64,000 nucleotides of DNA from Eledone cirrhosa (taxonomy: Eukaryota). A program made the translations under genes and the position numbers. The notes beneath the pieces are model-generated. The model was not told where the DNA came from. It worked only from the letters and a program-made list of their open reading frames with translations, and ran no database searches. Location: NCBI GenBank assembly GCA_964016885.1, contig CAXHJY010000035.1, positions 5,676-69,675 of the forward strand, given 5' to 3'. Of the stretch, positions 39,601 through 55,103 are shown in pieces (position 1 is the first letter of the stretch; every line of letters starts with the position of its first letter).

Positions 39601-42600
39601 CAACCAACCAACCATCCAACCAACCAACCAACCATCCAACCAACCAACCAACCAACCAACAATCCAACCAACCAACCATCCAACCAACCAACCAACAATC
39701 CAACCAACCAACCACCAACCAACCAACAATCCAACCAACCAACCAACCATCCAACCAACCAACCAACCAACCAACAATCCAACCAACCAACCAATCAACC
39801 ATCCAACCAACCAACCATCCAACCAACCAACCATCCAACCAACCATCCAACCAACCAACCATCCAACCAACCAACCAACCATCCAACCAACCAACCATCC
39901 AACCAACCAACCAACCATCCAACCAACCAACCAACCAACCAACAATCCATCCAACCAACCAACCATCCAACCAACCAACCAACAATCCAACCAACCATCC
40001 AACCAACCAACCATCCAACCAACCAACCAACCATCCAACCAAGCAACCATCCAACCAACCAACCAACCAACCAACCAATCAACCAACAATCCAACCAACC
40101 ATCCAACCAACCATCCAACCAACCAACCAACCAATCAACCATCCAACCAACCAACCAACCATCCAACCAACCCCTAACCATCCAACCAACCAACCAACAA
40201 TCCAACCAACCAACCAACAATCCAACCAACCAACCAACCAACTAACCATCCAACCAACCATCCAACCAACCATCCAACCAACCAACAATCCAACCAACCA
40301 ACCATCCAACCAACCAACCACCCAACCAACCAACCATCCAACCAAGCAAGCAAGCAACCAACCAACCAACCTACCATCCAACCAACCAACCAACCAACCA
40401 TCCAACCAACCAACCAACCATCCAACCAACCAACAACCAACCAACCAACCAACCAACCAACCAACCAACCAACCAACCAACCATCCAACCAACCAACCAA
40501 CCAACCAACCAACCAACCAACCAACCAACCAACCAACCAACCAATCCAACCAACCAACCACCAACCATCCAACCAACCAACCAACCAACCAACCATCCAA
40601 CCAACCATCCAACCAACCAACCACCAACCAACCAACCACCAACCAACCAACCCAACCAACCAACCAACCAACCAACCATCCAACCAACCAACCACAAACC
40701 AACCAACCAACCAACCAACCAACCAACCAACCAACCAACCCACCAACCATCCAACCACCATCCAACCAACCAACCAACCACCAAACCAACCAACCAACCA
40801 ACCAACCAACCAACCAACCCAACCAACCAAACCAACCATCCAACCAACCAACCATCCAACCAACCAACCAACCACCAACCAACATCCAACCACCATCCAA
40901 CCAACCAACCAACCCATCCAACCATCCAACCAACCAATCCAACCAACCAACCAACCATCCAACCATCCCAACCAACCATCCAACCAACAACCAACCATCC
41001 AACCAACCAACCAACCAATCCATCCAACCATCCAACCAACCAACCAACCAAACATCAACCATCCAACCAACCAACCAAACAACCAACCATCCAACCAACC
41101 AACCAACCAACCAACCATTCAACCATCCAACCAACCAACCAAAATCACCAACCACCCAACCATCCAACCAACCAACCAACCAACACAACCAACCAACAAT
41201 CCAACCAACCAACCATTCAACCATCCAACCAACCAACCAACCAACCAACCAACCAACAATCCAACCAACCATCCAACCATCCAACTCAACCATCCAACCA
41301 ACCAACCATCCAACCAACCAACCAACCAACCATCCAACCATCCAACCAACCAACCAACCAACATCAACCACATCCAACCAACCAACAACCAACCATTCAA
41401 CCATCCAACCAACCAACCAAACAACCAACCATCCAACCATCCAACCAACCAACCAAACAAACAACCATCCAACCAACCAACCAACCAAACATTCAACCAT
41501 CCACCAACCAACCAACCATTACAACCATCCAACCAACCAACCCACCAACCAACCATCCAACCATCCAACCAACCCAACCAACCAAACATCAACCATCCAA
41601 CCAACCAACCAACCAACCATTCAACCATCCAACCAACCAACCAGGCCAACCATCCAACATCACCAACCAACCAACCAGACAAACAATCCAACCATCCAAC
41701 CAACCAACCAACCAACCATTCAACCATCCAACCAACCAACCACAACAATCCAACCAACCAACCATTCAACCATCCAACCAACCATCCAACCAACCAACCA
41801 ACCAACCATCCAACCAACCAACCATCCAACCAACCAACCAAACAACCAACCATCCAACCAACCAACCAACCAACCAACCAACCAGCCATCCAACCAACCA
41901 ACCAACCATCCAACCAACCAACCAACCAACCAACCAACCAGCCATCCAACCAACCAACCAACCAACCAGCCATCCAACCAACCAACCAACCAACCAACCA
42001 TCCAACCAACCAACCAAACAACCAACCATCCAACCAACCAACCAACCAACCAACCAGCCATCCAACCAACCAACCAACCATCCAACAACCAACCAACCAA
42101 CCAACCAACCAACCAACCAGCCATCCAACCAACCAACCAACCAACCAACCAGCCATCCAACCAACCAACCAACCAGCCATCCAACCAACCAACCAACCAA
42201 CCAACCAGCCATCCAACCAACCAACCAACCAACCAACCATCCAACCAACCAACCAAACAACCAACCATCCAACCAACCAACCAACCAACCAACCAACCAA
42301 CCAGCCATCCAACCAACCAACCAACCATCCAACCACCAACCAACCAACCAACCAACCAACCAACCAGCCATCCAACAACCAACCAACCAACCAACCAGCC
42401 ATCCAACCAACCAACCAACCAACCAACCAACCAACCAGCCATCCAACCAACCAACCAACCAACCAACCAACCATCCAACCAACAACCAACCAACAACCAA
42501 CCAACCAGCCATCCAACCAACCAACCAACCAACCAACCATCCAACCAACCAACCAACCAACCAACCAACCATCCAACCAACCAACCAACCAACCAACCAA

Positions 42601-43195
42601 CCAACCACCATCCAACCAACCAACCAACCATCCAACCAACCAACCATCCAACCAACCAACCAACCAACCAACCAACCAACCAACCAACCAACCAACCAAC
42701 CAGCCATCCAACCAACCAACCAACCAACCAACCAACCAACCAACCAACCAGCCATCCAACCAACCAACCAACCATCCAACCAACCAACCAACCAACCAAC
42801 CAACCAACCAACCAGCCATCCAACCAACCAACCAACCATCCAACCAACCAACCAACCAACCAACCAACCAACCAGCCATCCAACCAACACCAACCAACCA
42901 ACCAGCCATCCAACCAGCCACCAACCAACCAACACCAACCAACCAACCACCAACCAACCAACCAACCAACCAACCAGCCATCCAACCAACCAACCAACCA
43001 ACCAACCAGCCATCCAACCAGCCATCCAACCAACCAACCAACCCAACCAACCACCAACCATCCAACCAACCAACCAACCAACAACCAGCCATCCAACCAA
43101 CCAACCAGCCATCCAACCAACCAACCAACCAACCAACCAACCATCCAACCAACCAACCATCCAACCAACCAACCAACCAACCAGCCGAGCAACCA
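33685..43195. repeat. 9.5 kb (CCAA/CCAT)n tetranucleotide array
   Basis: Direct reading; source of all GWLV ORFs. Confidence 0.95.
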
Positions 43196-43213
43196 TTTTT
43201 ATTCTACACAGAA

Positions 43214-43314
43214 ATGGCTTCTACAGGACTAGAACTGTTTCATTCGTATGAAACTATCAGGACTTTCCTTGTGAATTCATACGAATGAAAACTTTCTAGT
43301 CAAGTAGAATAAAC
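43214..43314. mobile_element. Degenerate family D fold-back
   Basis: TTCTACAGGACTAGAACTGTTTCATTCGTATGAA...TTCATACGAATGAAAACTTTCTAGTCAAGTAGAA. Confidence 0.6.
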
Positions 43315-43403
<89 letters not shown>

Positions 43404-43479
43404 CGCAAGTTTATGTATGTATTCCTCTCTCTGCCTATCTCTCTCTCTCTTTCTGTCACTCTCACTCTCTCTCTCTCTT

Positions 43480-43510
<31 letters not shown>

Positions 43511-44147
43511 TATGCATGTATGTACAAGTATATATATATACATATATATATATATACATACATGCGTACATATATACGTATTCATAGATACTTAGATGAA
43601 TGCATGCATACACACACATACATACATTCACACATACATGCATACATGCATACATGCATACATACATACATGCATACATGCATACACACACATACACATA
43701 CATAAACACACATACATACACACACACATACACACACATACACACACACATACATACATGCATACACAAAGACATACATACATACAAGCACACGCACACA
43801 CACAGACCTTATATATAAACTTAGAAGCACGGGTGTTTGTTATGGAAGGCATGCACTGGCCCCTATCCGCTTGGCTGCTTACACGATAGGTGGGTGGGAA
43901 CCGTCCCTTTTCCACCACAACCCCACCCATCTACTCACTTACCCCTTACCTCCCATAGCCAGCCATATCCTATACTACACTAACCCCTTTTTCTATCTTA
44001 TTCTACCCTCCCTATTCACTCTGCTTGTTTCTTCGTATAAAAGAAAAAAGCTCGACGCCCTTCACTGCAATTATACCTACCCGGCCGTGTCCTTTGGAGT
44101 GGTAGTTGACCTACCCTGGAATTAAAGAATAGTACGTCCTTTGTGAT

Positions 44148-44545
44148 AGCGAGTGACCTAGTAGTTAAGGTGTTGGACTTACAATGGCTATGTTGTGAGT
44201 TCGGTTCGTGAGCCAGGTGGCGCGTTGTATTCTTGAGCACATTGCTCCAGTATACACAGCTGAAAGTAAAACCATTAACCAACTTAGTCGTAGATTCGAT
44301 GGCGTGTTTTGTTCTTGAGCAAGACACTTCATTTCACATTGCTCCAGTATACACAGCTGAAAGTAAAACCATTAACCAACTTAGTCATGGATTCGATGGC
44401 GTGTGTTGTTCTTGAGCAAGACACTTCTTTTCACATTGCTCCAGTATACACAGCTGAAAGTAAAACCATTAACCAACTTAGTCGATATGTTCTTGAGCAA
44501 AGCATTTCATTTCACGTCGCTCTAGTTTACTCAGTTGATACTGAG
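44148..44545 (+). mobile_element. tRNA-headed CORE-type SINE with internal 97 bp tandem triplication
   Basis: A/B-box-like head; ATTGCTCCAGTATACACAGC at 44241, 44338 and 44435. Confidence 0.7.
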
Positions 44546-44794
44546 TACCGCTTCAGCATTCAACATTAGGTAATCAGAAGAAGGGAGGGGGCCGTAAAAG
44601 TTAAACTGGTTATCTTCAATTCGGTATTTGTGTCAACCCCTTACCTATGGTCATGTATCTTGGGTATTGTCCGAAAGAATACGATCGTGAATACAAGCGG
44701 CCGAAATGGGGTTCCTCTGAGGATCTCTAGAGTAACGTTACTTTATAAAGTGTGTGTGCGTATGTATATATATATGTATATGTATATATATGTG

Positions 44795-44827
<33 letters not shown>

Positions 44828-44832
44828 ATATA

Positions 44833-45250
44833 TATCATCTATCATCTAAGGCGGGGAAAATTCCCGAGATTCATGAACGAGTTCTCTCCAGCGGTCTTTG
44901 TCCCTCATTATCGCTACCATGTCCTGCGTCTCCAACAGACCAGTGTCTGTCCTTAGGGTATCAACATACGTTAACCTTGGTCTTCCTCTTCCAGTGTGTC
45001 CACGTAGGGGCTCCCACAGGAGCACTGAGTGCAATGTCAACTCTGGATGTCGGTGAGCATGTCCAGCTAACCTCAGTCTCCTCTGTGTCACTTTCGAGCT
45101 GACTTTTGGGATGCTCCCATACAGCTCTGAGTTTTTCATCCTTAGTGTATACTGATTAATGTTCAGAACCATCCTCAGCATTCTCGTGTAGCACCCATCC
45201 ACCATCTGAGTGAGTTTCTTGGTCAGTGTCCAAGTCTCAGACCCGTACAT
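44833..45250 (-). mobile_element. 5'-truncated RTE-clade LINE (RT C-terminal region)
   Basis: YGSETWTLTKK..DGCYTRMLRMVLNI..RRLRLAGH..RH..LLWEP..GRGRP..WR, then a stop and a (GATA/GATGA) tail. Confidence 0.85.
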
Positions 45251-45333
45251 AATTATATATCAAAATTAATTGAGAAAAACTCTAATTATGGTAATTCAAA
45301 CAAGATAGACCAAAAAGTATTCTATCTAACCTG

Positions 45334-46045
<712 letters not shown>

Positions 46046-46054
46046 GAGATATAT

Positions 46055-46103
<49 letters not shown>

Positions 46104-46307
46104 GTATATATATATATGTGTGTGTGTTTATGTATGTATGTATATATAAATATATATGTATGTGTGTGTGTTTATGTATGTATGTATATATAAATATATA
46201 TATGTAAATATGATAATAATGGAGCGGCGGCGTTGCAAATGGGTTACATATGAAAAAGTTTGTCCTTCATCAGTGGTCTTACAACCGTCATAGGCATTTC
46301 ATCGCTT

Positions 46308-46340
<33 letters not shown>

Positions 46341-46593
46341 ATGTGTGTGTGTGTGGAGTGTGTGTGCGTGAGTGTCTGTGTTTATGTATGTGTACACATA
46401 TTTCGTTAGGTCTTTCGCACTTCCAAATATAATATAAAACGCAGTAAGGTTAACATTTGTATTAACCAGTCCTCCACTTGTGAGCTACGTTGTTTGTCCT
46501 CGTTTCAACATGAGATAAGAGTTTCACGTTTCACCAGAATCAAAACATTTCGTTTCTAACAAACCTTAGTCTTGTTTGTTAGAGTTTTATTGC

Positions 46594-47967
46594 GTCTTGT
46601 CACTACATTACTGAGCACTGCTCTGTGTTCCTTCGCCATGTGCAGTGTTGTTTTTGGTGAGTGTCTTGTCACTACATTACTGAGCACTGCTCTGTGTTCC
46701 TTCGCCATGTGCAGTGTTGTTTTTGGTGAGTGTCTTGTCACTACATTACTGAGCATTGCTCTGTGTTCCTTCGCCATGTGCAGTGTTGTTTTTGGTGAGT
46801 GTCTTGTCACTACATTACTGAGCACTGCTCTGTGTTCCTTCGCCATGTGCAGTGTTGTTTTTGGTGAGTGTCTTGTCACTACATTACTGAGCACTGCTCT
46901 GTGTTCCTTCGCCATGTGCAGTGTTGTTTTTGGTGAGTGTCTTGTCATTACATTACTGAGCACTGCTCTGTGTTCCTTCGCCATGTGCAGTGTTGTTTTT
47001 GGTGAGTGTCTTGTCACTACATTACTGAGCACTGCTCTGTGTTCCTTCGCCATGTGCAGTGTTGTTTTTGGTGAGTGTCTTGTCACTACATTACTGAGCA
47101 CTGCTCTGTGTTCCTTCGCCATGTGCAGTGTTGTTTTTGGTGAGTGTCTTGTCATTACATTACTGAGCACTGCTCTGTGTTCCTTCGCCATGTGCAGTGT
47201 TGTTTTTGGTGAGTGTCTTGTCACTACATTACTGAGCACTGCTCTGTGTTCCTTCGCCATGTGCAGTGTTGTTTTTGGTGAGTGTCTTGTCACTACATTA
47301 CTGAGCACTGCTCTGTGTTCCTTCGCCATGTGCAGTGTTGTTTTTGGTGAGTGTCTTGTCACTACATTACTGAGCACTGCTCTGTGTTCCTTCGCCATGT
47401 GCAGTGTTGTTTTTGGTGAGTGTCTTGTCACTACATTACTGAGCATTGCTCTGTGTTCCTTCGCCATGTGCAGTGTTGTTTTTGGTGAGTGTCTTGTCAC
47501 TACATTACTGAGCACTGCTCTGTGTTCCTTCGCCATGTGCAGTGTTGTTTTTGGTGAGTGTCTTGTCACTACATTACTGAGCACTGCTCTGTGTTCCTTC
47601 GCCATGTGCAGTGTTGTTTTTGGTGAGTGTCTTGTCACTACATTACTGAGCACTGCTCTGTGTTCCTTCACCATGTGCAGTGTTGTTTTTGGTGAGTGTC
47701 TTGTCACTACATTACTGAGCACTGCTCTGTGTTCCTTCGCCATGTGCAGTGTTGTTTTTGGTGAGTGTCTTGTCACTACATTACTGAGCACTGCTCTGTG
47801 TTCCTTCGTCATGTGCAGTGTTGTTTTTGGTGAGTGTCTTGTCACTACATTACTGAGCACTGCTCTGTGTTCCTTCGCCATGTGCAGTGTTGTTTTTGGT
47901 GAGTGTCTTGTCACTACATTACTGAGCACTGCTCTGTGTTCCTTCGCCATGTGCAGTGTTGTTTTTT
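46594..47967. repeat. 69 bp minisatellite, ~20 near-identical copies
   Basis: Unit GTCTTGTCACTACATTACTGAGCACTGCTCTGTGTTCCTTCGCCATGTGCAGTGTTGTTTTTGGTGAGT. Confidence 0.95.
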
Positions 47968-48002
47968 AGGTGTTGTTGCTTTCTTTTTTATTGTATATAT
48001 GA

Positions 48003-48374
48003 CTGGCTGTAGAGTGTTGAACATGCTTTGCGGCATGGAGATACGGCCCTTTACGTTCTGAGTTCAAATCCCGCCGAGGTTAACTTTAACTTGCCTTTCA
48101 TCGTTACGGGGTCGATAAAATAAACTACCAGTAATGCACTGGGTCGATTTAATGGACTCCCCTCCCCCCTCCGTTCATATTGTTGGCCTTGTGCCTATAG
48201 TAGAAATCATTATTGTTAATATTATGAAGGCGGTGGATTGGCAGTATCGGTAGAGCATCGGACAACATGCTCCGCGGCACTGAGTTACAGCCCCTTACGT
48301 TATGAGTTCAAATCCCGTCGAGGTTAACTTTGTCTTTCATCTTTACGTGGTCGATAAAAAAATATCAGTCACGC

Positions 48375-48376
<2 letters not shown>
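48003..48376 (+). mobile_element. Two OK-like SINE copies
   Basis: A-box, B-box and conserved body. Confidence 0.8.
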
Positions 48377-48427
<51 letters not shown>

Positions 48428-48431
<4 letters not shown>

Positions 48432-48815
48432 AAGTTATATTTAAATTGTTGGGTTACAACGAGTAAATATTTATAACTGATATAAAAGCACTCGACAAAT
48501 ATTTGGAGTATATTTACAATATTAAATAAATGGAAACTATATTTATAAAACCATATCTATTTCATTATATATATTTCGGGGATATCATATTAACAATATG
48601 CTATGCCTTCCTCAGACAAAATACACTGCCAGCGTAAACCTCTTCAAATGGAAGTCGGTGTTATAACGGTATGTCGAATCTATTTATCTATAGAACTGTT
48701 TATATTGTATTTTGTCTGAGGAAGGCATAGCATATTGTTAATATGATATCCCCGAAATATATATAATGAAATAGATATGGTTTTATAAATATAGTTTCCA
48801 TTTATTTAATATTGT
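48428..48815. mobile_element. Family B head-to-head inverted element with two HHRs (48558-48623 -, 48708-48773 +)
   Basis: TATTTTGT-CTGAGGA-AGGCATAGCATAT..ATATGATATCCCC-GAAA-TATATA-TA-ATGAAATA on both strands. Confidence 0.85.
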
Positions 48816-48836
48816 ATATATATATATATATATATA

Positions 48837-49033
48837 TAGGAACAAGTAAAACCCCGACGGCTGAGCTCAAGCCGTTTCGACGGCTAATTTTGAGTCCAGA
48901 ATTAGCCGTCGAAACGGCTTGAGCTCAGCCGTCGGGGTCTTACTTGTTCCTATTACCCACTCTACTACCCTTAGTATTGAGTACTTTGGTGCGTTATGGT
49001 ACACCTGGTTCCTTACCACATTTCCTTCCTTAT
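48837..49033 (+). mobile_element. Family C fold-back element
   Basis: Centre ~48892; half-HHR in both arms. Confidence 0.85.
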
Positions 49034-49170
49034 ATATATATATATATAGAATATATTCGATATTTACTCCGTCACTCCTATGTGGAATAAGTACGTTGAG
49101 TGCTTGAACTGAATTGCATCAATATTTACCATAGGTATATATATATATATATATATATATAATAAATTGT

Positions 49171-49245
49171 CTTGTCCGACGAACGAGTGAGGACGTTTTT
49201 CGTATTCGTCTTATTCGGGAAACCTCTGGTAATGAGGTAATTATA
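49171..49245 (+). ncRNA. Hammerhead, C4 variant, family N
   Basis: CCGACGA at 49176 and GAAA at 49219; stem III ACCTC/GAGGT. Stem I is weak. Confidence 0.65.
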
Positions 49246-49548
49246 TTGTATTGTTTATTATACATTAAATTTTGCTCTGGTACTTACATAGAGCACTCTT
49301 CACTCCTATGACTTTAAATATATATATATATAAATTAGCGAGAATCGCATTCCGGCTATAGGAATTTAGCGAAAAACAACTTCCGAGATGTGTAGCAAGC
49401 GCTCCATAGAAACGAGTGAACTAGAGCAACGACATACGTTAAAAGGCCAAACACACTGAGACCATGGTTAAACCATTAACCGCAAAGCCATATAAGCGAC
49501 CAAGCTATTCGGCTCAAACAAATAATAAAATATGATTGAAAATTATGA

Positions 49549-49594
<46 letters not shown>

Positions 49595-50093
49595 TAAACG
49601 GAATAGAAAATGCTGACAAATTGTTCACAGTGAAAAATAATTTAATTAGGAATAAGTGAGAATTAGTAATAGTATTGGTTAGTATTCAGTTTTGGTTTTT
49701 AGTTTTACCGGTTGCGATTTCTAATGCTTTTCAAAGATAATTTTGAGATAGAGCGTCCGTGATCAAAGCTATGTTCAAATCATTTTATTGCTGACAATCG
49801 TTTCTTCCAAACTTTTGTTTGGAATCATCGTTTGGAATCATCTTTGGTTTGCTTTTATCCTTCTATGTTGTTTACTTGTCTCACTCGCTTTACGCGATTT
49901 ACTGGTCCCAATAACTTTTTTTAGTTATTGCTCGCACCAACCTGAGGTATCTGATTTTTAATGCGATGAAATAGCAATGATGGTTGGAAAATCACTGACG
50001 AAGGACTATTTTTATCATATGTAACCTATGTGCAACCACGCAGTATTCTTCTTTCTTCTCATGTTTTTTATATATACACATATATATATATAT

Positions 50094-50336
50094 GTAGGAG
50101 GTGAGTTTTATTGTAGTACAATAAAGCAATGCAGATATCGGATAAGAAGCACTCTACAGTTTGTAGGACTGGAGTATACATAATATATAAGATCAAAAGA
50201 TGGTTAAAGGAGTTCCATGTATTTTATTATGCGCATAATAAAACACATGAAAACACAAATATTATTGCATGATGATGTTTGTTTTTGAAATGCGCATAAT
50301 AAAATACATGGAACTCCTTTAACCATCTTTTGATCT

Positions 50337-50347
<11 letters not shown>
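50094..50347. mobile_element. Family M fold-back turning at the palindromic stem III
   Basis: TTTTATTATGCGCATAATAAAA at the inversion point; the second arm restarts at ATGA-stem II. Confidence 0.8.
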
Positions 50348-50382
<35 letters not shown>

Positions 50383-51426
50383 ATAGTTAAAGCTTAGACG
50401 GGAACAAAAACAGACGCAGTACAAATAAGAGTTTATTAGGTTCACGCTTTTGAGAGTGGGGCGTTATGTGTGAGTGTGTGTGTGTGTGTGCGCGCGTGTG
50501 CGTGTGTGTGCGCGTGTGCGAGTGTGTGTGCGTCTGAGCGTGTGTGCGTGCGTGTGTGTGTGTGTGCGTGCGCGCGTGTGTATGTGTGCGTCTGTGTGTA
50601 TGTGTGTGTGTGTGCGCGCGTGTGTGTGTTGTTTACAAGGACATTCTCTCACCTAGACCAAAGAAGCCGTAGAACTTGGCCGGAATGTTGCTATGGAAAT
50701 GAGTCTTGGAGAAAACTCGTCCGTGAAACACGACACCATCTTTCAATATTACCACATCTCCTTTCTTTCTTTCTTCCTTTCTTTCTTTCTTTCTTTCTTT
50801 CTTTTCTTCTTCTTTTCCTTCTTTTTTTCCTTCTTTTTTCCTTCTTTTCTTTCTTTTTTTCTTATTTTTCTTCTTTTTCTTTTTCTTTTTCTTTTTCTTT
50901 TTCTTTTTCTTTTTCTTTTTCTTCTTCTGCTTCTTCTTTTCCTTCTTCTTCTTCTTCCTTTCCTTCATCTTCGTCTCCTCCTCATCCCCCTCTCCCTCCT
51001 CATCCCCTCCTTTTTCATCTTCACCTCCTCCTCCACCTACACCTCCACCTTCCCCTCCATCCCCTCTCCTCCTTCTTCTCATCATCATCATCAACATCAC
51101 CTTGTCCCCCCTCCACATTCCCCTCCATCTCCTCTCCTTCTTCTCATCATCATCACCAACATCACCTTGTACCCCCCCCCCCCTCTCTCCCTCCTCCACC
51201 TTCCCCTCCATCTCCTCTCCTTCTTCTCATCATCATCATCAACATCACCTTGTCCCCCTCCCCCTCCCCCTCCGCCATCCCCCTCCCCCTCTCCCCACCC
51301 TCCATCTAGGTATCAACTGGATCACCATGACACTTCAGGTTTAACAGAAATGTTTCCCCGCCTAACAATTATATTATATTTCATGGATATATTTTACACA
51401 ACAAATGGAGACTTCCGTTATTCTTG

Positions 51427-51743
51427 GAGACTCTCCCGGCCTTCTCAGCACTCCCCGGGCCACGGGCCACTTACGTACTCACTGCTATGTGGGCAGAGTT
51501 TGGCCACTATACAGCGGAGCGAGCCCACGTCCACTATCCCACCATCATGATGTGGTCGATTAGCTTCTTGTCAAACCTGTGGCAGTTGAGACTCCCAGAG
51601 TTCTTGACCGCCCCGGGCCACTTACGTACTCATTGCTATGTGGGCAGAGTTTGGCTACTACACACAGGAACGAGCCCTCGCCGGCACCATCATGATGTGG
51701 TTGGTTAGCTTCTTGATTAGCAGGTGAGACTCCCAGAGTTCTT
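51427..51743. repeat. Diverged ~150 bp tandem duplication
   Basis: GGGCCACTTACGTACTC at 51464 and 51615; GAGACTCCC-like motif three times. Confidence 0.7.
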
Positions 51744-51779
51744 ATTATATATTTTATATTTTACTATATTTATATATAA

Positions 51780-52930
51780 CTAGCTGACGTACCCAGCTTC
51801 GCCCGGGTAAACAGATGATAAGAGAAGACAGGTAAAAGAGAAAATGGCTGTATTGGATGTTTGTCTGGTTACAGTATGAGGCGAGTCCGTGGTGTCTGTT
51901 TGATACAAAAAACAGTAAAAAAAAATCTTCCAGATATACCAGATTCTTCGTTGTAGTGTTTGTGCATAGTATATGAACAATTCTAGGGGCTCCCACCTAG
52001 AAAAGTGACTTCTAGGAGATGGTTCATCTTCTGCCTGACTGTAAAACGTGTATCATTGCATAGACGTGGTTGTTCCATGTTTCTCAAAAGGATGATGGAA
52101 GTTCCAATCTTTTATATTATATGTAGATATAGATATAGATAATTAATATAAAAGATGATGCTCAGCCAGTTCGTCTTCAACCAACGCAGCACGCCGTCGT
52201 TGCTTGGCTCCAGTGTTTCGTTGGCGTTGTTCAGTCAGCTCCTCTTCAATCCTGGCTGCACGCCGTCACCGCTGTAGTTCACTGTTTGATAAAGTCGAAT
52301 TGCTTTTATTATCAGTATTCATTTCGAGCAATTGTCAAAAAATGACACAATAATAAATATAAAAGATGTCCGTCAATGTAAAAAAAGGTCCCTATTTACT
52401 CCCTTCACAACTCTGTGAATGTTAGACTGACAGACAGGCACACAGACAGAGAAACTGCGTGGTGATTGTGGAACGCCGCACGTACACACACATACACGCA
52501 TGGAAACGCGCACACGCACGCAAATTTACACACGCACCCGTGCACTTACACACACGCACACACTCACACATGTTGATAGTTTTTACTTTCTGTGGAACGC
52601 TGCACGCACGCACACACACACATAAACATACGCCCACGTACATACACACGCACACATGTTAATAGTTATTGCTTTCCTTCCCATCTTATTCCCACACGCA
52701 TCACACACACATGTCTCTACACCGACACATATACATAGTGTATCCAACACAGCGTTCACTTTGCCTCTCTGTTTCGTACTCTCCCCTCTCACTCCCTCAT
52801 TGGCATTATGCATATTAATTTAAGTTTAGCGTCGTTGAGGTGGGCGGAGTCGTTTGAAACCTATGAACCAATGATAATCGAGAATTATGACACACGGAAT
52901 ACTGACATTGTTGAAATTAATATATAGATA
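51780..52930 (-). mobile_element. Helitron-derived composite
   Basis: 3' end (hairpin plus CTAG) at 51780; TCTA(C/T)ATAT 5'-type ends near 52128 and 52929; degenerate R/E-rich repeat peptide at 52150-52290. Confidence 0.6.
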
Positions 52931-53229
52931 AATAATATACTATATACTTTGTATAAATAAATATTATATATTTTATATTTTACTATATTTATATATAATA
53001 TGTATCATTTGATATTTAATATAGTATTATATCATCTCTACCGTCTCCCAGCGCCCCCTTGGACCTTCCCAATGCCCCCAGGGGGCGGTACTGTCCACTT
53101 TGAGGGCCTCTGATGTAGAGGGACGAAACCTTTACATTTTATTCTCCTCGTTACAATCTTCCCAACTCTTTATTGGCTGATATTTCCCCTCGACACACAG
53201 ACAGATCATCTCCAGTCATCAGGGATAGT

Positions 53230-53842
53230 GGATCATTCCTCGATTCCGGATCATTCCTCTATTCCGGATCATTCCTCTATTCCGGATCATTCCTCTATTC
53301 CGGATCATGCTCTATCCTGGATCATTCCTCTATTCCGGACCATTCCTCTATTCCGGATCATGCTCTATTCCGGATCATTCCTCTATTCCGGATCATTCCT
53401 CTATTCCGGATCATGCTCTATTCCGGATCATTCCTCTATTCCGGATCATGCTCTATTCCGGATCATTCCTCTATTCCGGATCATGCTCTATTCCGGATCA
53501 TTCCTCTATTCCGGATCATGCTCTATTCCGGATCATTCCTCTATTCCGGATCATGCTCTATTCCGGATCATTCCTCTATTCCGGATCATGCTCTATTCCG
53601 GATCATTCCTCTATTCCGGATCATGCTCTATTCCGGATCATTCCTCTATTCCGGATCATGCTCTATTCCGGATCATTCCTCTATTCTGGATCATTCCTCT
53701 ATTCCGGATCATTCCTCTATTCCGGATCATTCCTCTATTCCGGATCATGCTCTATTCCGGATCATGCTCTATTCCGGATCATTCCTCTATTCCGGATCAT
53801 TCCTCTATTCCGGACCATTCCTCTATTCCGGATCATGCTCTA
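53230..53842. repeat. 18/17 bp minisatellite with 35 bp higher-order alternation
   Basis: CCGGATCATTCCTCTATT and CCGGATCATGCTCTATT units. Confidence 0.95.
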
Positions 53843-53857
53843 CTTCAATTTTACATT

Positions 53858-54558
53858 CTAGGATGAAAGGCAAAGCTAGCCTCGGCGGGTTTTTGAACTC
53901 AGAGCGTAAAGGGCCATGACTCTATGCTGCAAAGCATGCATGGCATCGGATCCTCCACCGTTGCAGCTAATCCATCGCCCCCATATGATAATTGTTTCTA
54001 CTTTTGGCACAAGGCCAGCAATTACCCCAGTCCATTACTGGTACTTTATTTTATCGACCCCCGTAAGGATGAAAGCTAAATCTACCTTGGCGGGATTTGA
54101 ACTCAGAACGTAAAGGGCCGTGACTCCATGTCGCTAAGGATGTTGTCCGACCCTCCACCGATACAGCCAATCCACCGCCATATAATAATGGTTTCTTATA
54201 TAGGCACAAGGCCAGCAATTTTTTTTTTTGCGGGGGGGGGGGGGGGTAAGTCGATTAAATCGACCCCAGTGCATGACTGGTACTTTATTTTATCGACCCT
54301 GTAAGGATGAAAGGCAAAGTTAACCTCGGCGGGAATTTGAACTCAGACCATAAAGGGCTGTAGCGCTATGCTGCAAAGCATGGCGTCCGACCCTCTACCG
54401 ATACTGCCAATCCATCGTCCCCATATAATAATTGTTTCTACTTTTGGGACAAGGCCAGCAATTTACACCAGTACATTACTGGTACTTTATTTTATCAACT
54501 CCGTAAGGATGAAACGCAAAGTTAACCTCGACGGGATTTGAACTCAGACCTTAAAGGG

Positions 54559-54560
<2 letters not shown>
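53858..54560 (-). mobile_element. Array of ~4 OK-like SINE copies
   Basis: Same motifs as 12215-13575. Confidence 0.8.
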
Positions 54561-54617
<57 letters not shown>

Positions 54618-54619
54618 GA

Positions 54620-54713
<94 letters not shown>

Positions 54714-54719
54714 CTATAT

Positions 54720-54838
<119 letters not shown>

Positions 54839-54844
54839 CTATAT

Positions 54845-54961
<117 letters not shown>

Positions 54962-54967
54962 CTATAT

Positions 54968-55040
<73 letters not shown>

Positions 55041-55103
55041 TCATATATATATATATAACCAACTTTTTTAAATGGAAGTTTCAATTTTTTATGGTACGTC
55101 AAA

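Noticed and set aside
33448-43196. Very long GWLV/PTNQ ORFs (up to 960 aa)
   Set aside because: These are translations of the (CCAA)n array and are open in multiple frames.
46594-47967. CRISPR-like regular array
   Set aside because: There are no unique spacers and no cas genes; it is a eukaryotic tandem repeat.
53230-53842. Repeat ORFs (IPDHSS/SGSFLY)
   Set aside because: Mixed 18/17 bp units shift the frame continually.
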